Below, in pieces: positions 1 to 6,618 of a DNA stretch of 33,677 nt. The stretch comes from Myxococcota bacterium (GTDB lineage: Bacteria; Myxococcota_A; UBA796; UBA2385): positions 1 to 33,677 of the forward strand of contig JBIJDH010000044.1 of the NCBI GenBank assembly GCA_044344255.1, read 5' to 3'. Position 1 is the stretch's first letter, and each line of letters opens with the position of its first letter. The position numbers and the translations under genes are program-made. The notes beneath the pieces were generated by a model. It did not search any database, was not told the DNA's origin, and saw only the letters and a list, made by a program, of their open reading frames with translations.

Positions 1-32
1 GACCGACGGCACTACGCCTTTTGCGGGGCAGT

Positions 33-81
33 CCCCCTCCGGTGCCGATGCGGCACCACCTCCCCCATCGGATGGGGGAGG
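33..81. repeat. Double-hairpin REP-like palindromic element
   Basis: Two adjacent inverted repeats: GGTGCCG-ATG-CGGCACC (41-57) and CCTCCCCCATC-G-GATGGGGGAGG (59-81), preceded by CCCCCTCC. The layout resembles intergenic REP-like elements; it could also terminate an upstream gene. Confidence 0.6.
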
Positions 82-137
82 CTGGAACCAGCGGCGCGAC
101 CAGCGTTCTCGACTTTTGGACCTGCCGGACCATCATC

Positions 138-164
138 CTCTGCGTCCTCTGCGCACTCTGCGGT
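138..164. repeat. Three tandem 9-bp units with a CTCTGCG core
   Basis: CTCTGCGTC CTCTGCGCA CTCTGCGGT read directly from the sequence upstream of the halogenase. Confidence 0.7.
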
Positions 165-221
165 GGCATTCCACGGAACCCTCTCCAACGCCGACTTTGT
201 CTGACCGAATGGAGCTCCATC

Positions 222-2006
222 ATGAGTGATTCCGCCGCTCGTCATTACGACGTCATCATCCTCGGCTCCGGCATCGGCGGCTCGATCCTGGCGTGTATCC
301 TCGCCAAAAAGGGCGTCTCCGTGCTCATGGTGGAGGAGCTCGCCCACCCGCGGTTCACCATCGGCGAGTCCCTCATCCCCGAGACGGGCATCCGCCTCCG
401 CATCCTCGCCGAGAAATACGGCGTGCCCGAGATCGGCTGGCTCGGCAACTTCTACCAGCTGCGCGACAATGTGAGCTCGAATTGCGGCGCCAAGCGCGCC
501 TTCAGCTTCATGTACCACAAAGAGGGGAGCCAGCATGTCCCCGAACAGACGAACCAGCTCCCGACGCTGACCCCGCCCTTCGGCCCAGACTCCCACCTCT
601 TCCGGCAGGACACCGACGCCTGGCTGGCCTCCGTGTCCACCCTCTATGGGGCCCACTTCCAGCAGCAGGTGAAGGTCGAGGGGCTGCGCTTCGAGGCCGA
701 CCGGGTCGTCATGAAGGCCGCCGGAGGGGTGGAGGTCTCCGCCGACTTCCTCATCGACGCGGGCGGGATGCGCAGCCATGTGTCCACCCTCTTCAACCTC
801 CGCGACACCACCCCGCGTTTTAAGACCGACACCCGCACCCTCTACACCCACTTCATCGGCCTGCCCGCCGCCGACTGCCTCCTCCCCGAGGGTGGCGCGG
901 GGCTCCCCTCTCCGCTGGGCCAGGGGACCATGCACCACGTCTTTGACGGGGGTTGGATGTGGATCATCCCCTTCAACAACCACCCGGAGGCCACGAACCC
1001 GCTCACGAGCGTCGGCGTGATGCTGGATCGGCGAAAGCACCCCAAGGCGGATGGGCCGCCGGGGGAGGAATTCCAGCGCCTCATCAGCCGCTATCCCAGC
1101 ATCGCGCGTCACTTCGCGCGGGCCACCCCGATTCGACCCTGGATCGGGAGCGGCAGGCTCCAGTATTCCTCACCCCGCACCATCGGGCCCCGCTTCATCC
1201 AGCTCCCCCACGCCGCCGCCTTTGTGGACCCGCTCTACTCGAGCGGCATGTCGGTCCTCACCGTCGCCATCGACCTCATCGCGGATGCCCTCCTCCCCGC
1301 CATCGCCGAGCGGCGCTACGACGAGGAGCGCTTCGAGCTCGTCGATACGGTCGTTCAGAAGGGCTTCGACCACTACGATCAGGTCGTGAGCCGCTCGTTT
1401 GACTCCTTCGCCGACTACGACCTCTGGAACGCCTGGAACCGAAACTGGGTGTTGGGCAATTTCCTCGGCACCTTCGGCGCCCTGTCCCTGCTCGTGAATT
1501 TCCTCTCCACCGGCGACCGATCCTGGCTCGACCGCACCACGGAGCCCCACCGGATCGGTGTGCTCGGCAGCCACCTCCCCGAGGTGGTGGCGACCATGCA
1601 CGCCAACGCGGAGGAGGTGGGGGCGGCCACCCGGGGCGAGCGGAGCCCCCGAGAGGCGAGCGATCGGATCTTCGCCCGGCTCGGCGCCCTCGACTTCTTG
1701 CCTCCGTATATGGGCTTCGGTGACCGCGACCAGCGGAGCCAGGCCGTCTTCACGCTGCCGGCGGGGGTCCGCCACGTGCTCTGGTATCGGTACAACGCGC
1801 CCCGGTCTTGGAAGGAGTATGCAGACCTGCCGCTCCTGACCTTCGCCTCGGAGACCGCCTCGTTCGTGGGCGGTGCCTGGGGAGAGGGCCTACGACGCTC
1901 CTGGTCGGTCTTTCGAGACGTCTTTTCCGCGGGCAACCGGGATTGGAGACACAACCCCGCGGCGCTCCGGGCCCATGATCTGATCGAGCCCCCGAAGGCG
2001 AAATAG
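222..2006 (+). CDS. Flavin-dependent halogenase (tryptophan halogenase family, PrnC-like)
   Basis: FAD motif GSGIGG, HPRFTIGES, candidate catalytic Lys in CGAKR, halogenase signature WMWIIP (WxWxIP) and FVDPLYSSG. ATG at 222 follows GGAG at 211-214, so it is preferred over the ORF-track start at 21. Confidence 0.9.
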   Translation: MSDSAARHYDVIILGSGIGGSILACILAKKGVSVLMVEELAHPRFTIGESLIPETGIRLRILAEKYGVPEIGWLGNFYQLRDNVSSNCGAKRAFSFMYHKEGSQHVPEQTNQLPTLTPPFGPDSHLFRQDTDAWLASVSTLYGAHFQQQVKVEGLRFEADRVVMKAAGGVEVSADFLIDAGGMRSHVSTLFNLRDTTPRFKTDTRTLYTHFIGLPAADCLLPEGGAGLPSPLGQGTMHHVFDGGWMWIIPFNNHPEATNPLTSVGVMLDRRKHPKADGPPGEEFQRLISRYPSIARHFARATPIRPWIGSGRLQYSSPRTIGPRFIQLPHAAAFVDPLYSSGMSVLTVAIDLIADALLPAIAERRYDEERFELVDTVVQKGFDHYDQVVSRSFDSFADYDLWNAWNRNWVLGNFLGTFGALSLLVNFLSTGDRSWLDRTTEPHRIGVLGSHLPEVVATMHANAEEVGAATRGERSPREASDRIFARLGALDFLPPYMGFGDRDQRSQAVFTLPAGVRHVLWYRYNAPRSWKEYADLPLLTFASETASFVGGAWGEGLRRSWSVFRDVFSAGNRDWRHNPAALRAHDLIEPPKAK

Positions 2007-2009
2007 GCC

Positions 2010-3452
2010 ATGTCTTCCACGCCCACGCCCACGCCCACGCCCACGCCCACACCTACGCCCTCAGCCCGACCCCGCTGGCATCAGGTCCATCAGGACCTGC
2101 CGCGGGAGCATGGACACGAGCCGCTGCGTGTTGAAGGGGTGGTCCCGCCCGGGCTCCGGGGCACCCTCTATCGGAACGGCCCCTCCCGCTTCCAGGTGGG
2201 CGGGGAGCCCTATGTCCACGCCTTCGATGGCGACGGCGCCATCACCGCGATCCGCCTCGGCGAGGGGCCGCCCACCGGCGCCTGCCGCCTGCTGCGCACC
2301 GACTGGTTACGGGCCGAAGAGGAGGCGGGGCACCACCTCTATCGGTCCTATGCCCAGCTCGGGGTGGGCTGGAGGCGCTGGCTGGCTCCGCCCAAGAACC
2401 AGGCGAACATCGCGGTGCTCGACTGGGGTGGCAAGACCTGGGCGCTGTGGGAGTTCGGACTCCCCGTCTCCTTCGATCCCGAGACCCTCGACTGTAAGGG
2501 CCCCGAGAACATCGGCGGGATCATCGGCTCCGCCTTCGGGGCCCACCCGCATCGTCAGGGCGGCCGTATCCTCCAGACCGGCCTCCGTTTCGGGCCACGC
2601 TTCTCGCTCGACCTCTTCGAGCTCCGCGACCGGATGCGGAAGATCGGCAACATCCCGCTCCCCTTCCCCACGCTCATCCACGACTTTGCGGCCACTGAAA
2701 AATCCATCATCCTCTTCTGTCCGCCCCGCCACCTGCATCTCCGCCCCCTCGCCCTCGGACAGCGCCCCTTCATCGAGGACCTCCGCTGGGAGCCCGAGCG
2801 GGGGACCGAGATCATCATCGTCTCCCGCGAGGACACCGACCACGTCGTACGTTTCACGGTGCCCGCCTTCTTTCTCTGGCACTTTGTCAACGCCTGGGGA
2901 GACGGGGAGGAGCTCGTCGTGGACTACATCCGCTACGACGACGACGCCACCGACGCCTGGTTCGGCCGCGCCCCTTGGGCCGTCGAGCCGGTGCCGGCCT
3001 CCCGGCTGATGCGGGCGCGTATCCACCCGGGGCGAGAGACCTTCACCGAGCGGGTGCTGAGCGACCGGCCCCTGGAATTCGGGAGCATTCACCCCGACCT
3101 CGCGGGCAAACCCTATCGGGAGTGTTTCGCGCTCTCCTGGACCGCCTCCCGGGCCGCAACCGGGGGCCCGCCACAGCTTGCCCGATACGATGTCGAGACG
3201 GGCGCGGTGGAGGCGATAGACCTCGGCCCCGACACCTTCCCCGCCGAACCCCTCCTCGCCCCCCGTGAAGGGGGCGGCGCCTGGGTGCTCAGCCTCGTCT
3301 ACGACGGGAGCGTCGACCGGAGCTACCTCGCCGTCCTCGACAGCGCGCGCTGGGGGGAGCCGCCGGTAGCGAAGCTCTGGTTCGACCACGCGATCCCGCT
3401 CACCTTCCACGGCGCCTGGGTGGGAAGTGAGCAGGCGGCGCCGGGGGCCTGA
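2010..3452 (+). CDS. Carotenoid cleavage oxygenase / lignostilbene dioxygenase family protein (RPE65 fold)
   Basis: VEGxxPxxLRGTLYRNGP and HAFDGDG motifs; four Fe-ligand His (AHP, IHDF, WHF, FHG); EP motif. Starts 3 bp after the halogenase stop. Confidence 0.92.
   Translation: MSSTPTPTPTPTPTPTPSARPRWHQVHQDLPREHGHEPLRVEGVVPPGLRGTLYRNGPSRFQVGGEPYVHAFDGDGAITAIRLGEGPPTGACRLLRTDWLRAEEEAGHHLYRSYAQLGVGWRRWLAPPKNQANIAVLDWGGKTWALWEFGLPVSFDPETLDCKGPENIGGIIGSAFGAHPHRQGGRILQTGLRFGPRFSLDLFELRDRMRKIGNIPLPFPTLIHDFAATEKSIILFCPPRHLHLRPLALGQRPFIEDLRWEPERGTEIIIVSREDTDHVVRFTVPAFFLWHFVNAWGDGEELVVDYIRYDDDATDAWFGRAPWAVEPVPASRLMRARIHPGRETFTERVLSDRPLEFGSIHPDLAGKPYRECFALSWTASRAATGGPPQLARYDVETGAVEAIDLGPDTFPAEPLLAPREGGGAWVLSLVYDGSVDRSYLAVLDSARWGEPPVAKLWFDHAIPLTFHGAWVGSEQAAPGA
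2019..2060 (+). repeat. Hexamer tandem repeat (ACGCCC)n encoding (TP)7
   Basis: Five perfect ACGCCC units, then ACACCT and ACGCCC, at the oxygenase N-terminus. Confidence 0.9.
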
Positions 3453-3491
3453 GCGGCGCGGCGGGACGGAGCCCGCCACCGCAGCCCCTCG

Positions 3492-3542
3492 GCTGTGCGC
3501 ACAGCGCCTGCGCAGCGCACGCACAGCGCCTACACAGTGCGC
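3492..3542. promoter_or_regulatory. Candidate upstream activator sequence (enhancer) for a sigma54 activator
   Basis: 14-bp perfect palindrome GCTGTGCGCACAGC (3492-3505) overlapping four 11-bp tandem units GCACAGCGCCT/GCGCAGCGCAC/GCACAGCGCCT/ACACAGTGCGC (3499-3542), about 100-150 bp upstream of the -24 box. Confidence 0.6.
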
Positions 3543-3643
3543 ACCGGGTGGGGCGCCATTACAACGGAGCGGGCGACCACCCATTGAGGCCAAACCGACG
3601 ATAAGCACCTTTTATCGGTACGCTTTCTTATCGAGCCCAGCCC

Positions 3644-3659
3644 TGGCACGCGCGTTGCA
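3644..3659 (+). promoter_or_regulatory. Sigma54 (RpoN) -24/-12 promoter
   Basis: TGGCACG-CGCG-TTGCA matches the consensus TGGCACG-N4-TTGCW exactly. It is intergenic, preceded by an AT-richer tract, about 47 bp before an RBS-bearing ATG and next to a GAFTGA activator gene. Confidence 0.9.
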
Positions 3660-3705
3660 ATGGACCTCTGCACCGGAATCCACCGGGTCCCCAACGGAGC
3701 TCATC

Positions 3706-3765
3706 ATGAAGACCAAGACCAACGTGAAGGCCGGCATCTTCGATCGTCCCAGCCTGCCCGTCTAA
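3706..3765 (+). CDS. 19-aa small peptide MKTKTNVKAGIFDRPSLPV, putative precursor or signal peptide
   Basis: GGAG at 3696-3699, ATG at 3706, TAA at 3763-3765; almost all codons end in G/C. It is the only credible ORF between the sigma54 promoter and a hairpin. Confidence 0.8.
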   Translation: MKTKTNVKAGIFDRPSLPV

Positions 3766-3781
3766 GGCGATCGTCTCTCCA

Positions 3782-3808
3782 AGGGGCGGGCGGCGACGCC
3801 CGCCCTTC
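3782..3808. terminator. GC-rich hairpin, probable terminator between convergent genes
   Basis: Stem GGGCGGGCG / CGCCCGCCC (3784-3792 / 3797-3805) with a GCGA tetraloop, 18 bp after the peptide stop. The U-tract is weak. Confidence 0.65.
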
Positions 3809-3871
3809 TGCGTTCACCCTCCATCTCCCACGCTTCACCCCGCGCTCCGCAGCACGGTTCGGGACCCGAAG

Positions 3872-6493
3872 CTACCCGAGGCGGGCGCCCAACACCGTCG
3901 AGAGCTGCCCCGGCAGCGCCGAGAGCCAGGTCGCTCGGTCCCGCTCACCGAGCGCCAGGGCGAGCTCACGGACGAGGGGCCCGTTCTCGGGGAACTCATA
4001 GAGGCGCGCACAGTATTGCGTGGGGCGGACGCGCAAGAGGTAGCCCTGGAGCCGGGCCGCGGCCGGCTCCCCGGCGCGCGCAAGGAGGGACCGCCGCAGG
4101 TGGGCGCTGAAGTCGCCCTCGCGGAAGTGAAGCACGATCGTGTTCAACAGTGCCCGCTCCTCGGGCTCCAACGCCCAGACCCGCGCCATGGGCGCCTCGG
4201 TGGGCTCTGCGGCCTCGGTCGGCACCCTGCCGGTCTCGGCCTGGACCGCGAGGCGGTCGGCGTCGGGATCGTCGAGCGCGGCGGCGTGACGGGCGCGGGC
4301 CTCGGTCCCCGCGTACACCCCGACCCGCAGCCGCCGGAGGCCCTCTCGGTCGAGCTGCACCGCCAGCTCCACCGCCTCACCGCAGCGGGTAAGCTGCCCC
4401 GCCACGAGCGCCTCTGGCTGGCCGCCCGGGCGACGGACCGTGGTGGGCGCGGAGGCGTCCGGGAGCAGGCCGACCTCGAGCCCGCTCCCCTGACGTCGGA
4501 TCGCCACCTGGACACGAGAGAGCGCAGCCTCGGTCGGGATCGAGAGGAAGGCCGGCTCTCCCGCCCCGAGGAGCGCCCGCACCCCCGCCACCCGTGCCGC
4601 GCCGCGTCGATCCTCGGGGCCGCTGTACAGGTCGTCCCAGCCCCGAGCGCGGCCAAGGACCACCACCCCGTCGGGGAAGCTGTGATCGAGGCCCTGACCC
4701 TGTTGAAGGAAGCGCACGAGGACCGACCGATCGGACGAGGGCAGCCGGTGGGGGAGGACCCGCGCCACGGCAGCCCGATCGATCGGGCCCTCGACGGCGT
4801 CGAGCAGCGCCTCCATGTCGGCGCGCAGGCCGGTCAGCTCGGCGTCCCACTCCTGCGCCTCCAGCGCTCGCAGCGCGTCGGCCCGGACCACGCGCTCTCT
4901 CGCAAAGCACCCCACCGCGTGGCGGATGGAGGAGGCGCCGCGGGCGCCCAAAGACGGCACCGCGAGGCGAACGGCCACCGGCAGATCGCAGGGGCCCTCG
5001 CTGGTGACGAAGGTAGGGCCCCTGCGGATGGTCAGTCGGTCGAGGTGCTGCGGCTCCAGGGGGCGACCGCGCTCGCTGAAGGCCGCCGCCCGCTCCATCA
5101 CCCCCCACAGCTCGCGGACGTTCCCGGGCCACGGCCAGGCCAGGAGGAGCTCCGCGGCCGCGGGAGCGAGGTGGACAGAGTCGGAGTCGCCCCGCGCGGC
5201 TTGGAGGAAGCGGCGAGCGAGGAGGAGGATGTCCTCGGGGCGCTCCCGGAGCGGGGGGATCGCCAGGATGAGGGCGTTGAGGCGGTGGAGGAGGTCGAGC
5301 CGGAAGGTGCCGCGGGCGACCATCGCCTCGAGGTTGGCGTGGGTGGCGCCGATGATCCGGACGTCGACCGCGACCCCCTTCTCGGCGCCGACCGGCCGGA
5401 CGATCCGCTCTTGGAGCACGCGGAGGAGCTTCGCCTGGACGCCGACGTCGAGGTTGCCGAGCTCGTCGAGCAGGAGCGTGCCGCCCTCCGCCCGCCGGAA
5501 GGCCCCCGGCCGCTCGGCGTTGGCCCCGGTGAAGGCGCCGCGCACGTGGCCGAAGAGCTCGCTCTCGACGAGGTCGCGGGGGATCGCGGAGAGGTCCACC
5601 GCCTCGAAGGGGCCGCGGCGGCCGCTGACGCGGTGGATCGCGCGCGCGAACACCTCCTTTCCGACGCCGGGCTCCCCGAGGAGCAGCACGGGCGCGGACG
5701 AGCGGGCGAGGCGGGCCGCGTCGGAGAGGACCCGACACAGCGCAGGGCTCTCCCCAAGGATCTCGGAGAAGGCCGGATCAGCGGGGCGCAGGGCCGCCGG
5801 CCCGGGGCGCCACGTTCGCGGAGGGGCCTCCGGGCGGAGGCGGCGGCGGAGCGCGGCGAGGTCATGCTCGTCAAGGCGAGCGGCCTCGCGGTAGAGCGCC
5901 CAGGCGTCGGGCGTGGGGGGCTGGTTGGCGGCGTCGTCGAAGGGGGCCCCGTCTCCCCGCTCCTGCCAGGCCAGGCGCACCAGCGAGGCCTTTCCCGCGC
6001 CGGCCGGGCCCGTCAACAGCACCGAGGCGCCCGCGCGGGCGTGGGCCGACAGGCTCCTTCGCACCCCGGCTAGACCGGGGTCGGTGGCCACGAGATGGAG
6101 GCCGTCGAGCTCCAGCAGCTGCCGGGCCAGACCGTCGGGGAGGGGGAGCTCCCGGGGGCCCGCGACCACGAGCCGAACGTCGGCCCCCGCGAGGGGCGAC
6201 ACCGTGGGTACATCGACCGCGGAGAAGTGAAGCCAGCCGCCCTCCGCGCGCGCGATGAGCTCGGCCAGGGCGTCACGGGGCAGCAGAGCGAGCGGCGCGG
6301 CGACCTGGACGAGCGGCCGCCACTCCTCCACGGTGGCGAGCCACCGACGGTAGAGCCAGCGGACGACCACCGCCGCAGGCACGCCGACGAGCCCCGGCAC
6401 CCGGAGCGGGCCCGGCGCCGCGAGGGCCTCGGTGAAGGCCCCCCAAACCGCGGGGGGAAGGGATGCCGCGGGATCGGGCTGCAGAGGGAACAT
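3872..6493 (-). CDS. Sigma54-dependent enhancer-binding protein with atypical multi-AAA+ and FHA-like architecture
   Basis: Intact core: GEPGVGKE, ESELFGHVRGAFTGA, LLLDELG, QAKLLRVLQE, FRLDLLHRL, WPGNVREL. Start placed at ATG 6493 behind a purine-rich GGGAAGGGA; start is uncertain. Confidence 0.88.
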   Translation of the reverse strand: MFPLQPDPAASLPPAVWGAFTEALAAPGPLRVPGLVGVPAAVVVRWLYRRWLATVEEWRPLVQVAAPLALLPRDALAELIARAEGGWLHFSAVDVPTVSPLAGADVRLVVAGPRELPLPDGLARQLLELDGLHLVATDPGLAGVRRSLSAHARAGASVLLTGPAGAGKASLVRLAWQERGDGAPFDDAANQPPTPDAWALYREAARLDEHDLAALRRRLRPEAPPRTWRPGPAALRPADPAFSEILGESPALCRVLSDAARLARSSAPVLLLGEPGVGKEVFARAIHRVSGRRGPFEAVDLSAIPRDLVESELFGHVRGAFTGANAERPGAFRRAEGGTLLLDELGNLDVGVQAKLLRVLQERIVRPVGAEKGVAVDVRIIGATHANLEAMVARGTFRLDLLHRLNALILAIPPLRERPEDILLLARRFLQAARGDSDSVHLAPAAAELLLAWPWPGNVRELWGVMERAAAFSERGRPLEPQHLDRLTIRRGPTFVTSEGPCDLPVAVRLAVPSLGARGASSIRHAVGCFARERVVRADALRALEAQEWDAELTGLRADMEALLDAVEGPIDRAAVARVLPHRLPSSDRSVLVRFLQQGQGLDHSFPDGVVVLGRARGWDDLYSGPEDRRGAARVAGVRALLGAGEPAFLSIPTEAALSRVQVAIRRQGSGLEVGLLPDASAPTTVRRPGGQPEALVAGQLTRCGEAVELAVQLDREGLRRLRVGVYAGTEARARHAAALDDPDADRLAVQAETGRVPTEAAEPTEAPMARVWALEPEERALLNTIVLHFREGDFSAHLRRSLLARAGEPAAARLQGYLLRVRPTQYCARLYEFPENGPLVRELALALGERDRATWLSALPGQLSTVLGARLG

Positions 6494-6564
6494 TCCCTTC
6501 CCTACCACGGGATGCACCCGAGCCGGGCATGCGGCAATGGGGGGCGGAGATAGGCTGTGAAGAG

Positions 6565-6594
6565 CCGGCGCGCATCGGCGCGCATCGGCGTGCA
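6565..6594. promoter_or_regulatory. Three 10-bp tandem repeats in the divergent activator/kinase intergenic region
   Basis: CCGGCGCGCA TCGGCGCGCA TCGGCGTGCA; one helical-turn periodicity. Regulatory role is inferred. Confidence 0.45.
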
Positions 6595-6618
6595 CCCCAC
6601 GCCTCCCCCATCCACCCG

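Noticed and set aside
164..180. TGGCA upstream of the halogenase as a second sigma54 promoter
   Set aside because: No TTGC/GC at the required -12 spacing (TGGCATTCCACGGAAC).
21..221. N-terminal extension of the halogenase given in the ORF track
   Set aside because: It runs through palindromic and tandem repeats; the FAD motif and RBS point to ATG 222.
2019..2060. (ACGCCC)n as a phase-variation switch
   Set aside because: Hexamer unit changes keep the frame; it is most simply a disordered TP tail.
3499..3542. Tandem repeats here or elsewhere as a CRISPR array
   Set aside because: Units are 6-11 bp with no spacers, and there are no cas genes.
3427..3705. 112-aa ORF 3427..3765 as a full gene
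   Set aside because: The 5' part spans the enhancer repeats and sigma54 promoter; only the last 19 codons have an RBS and coding-like codon usage.
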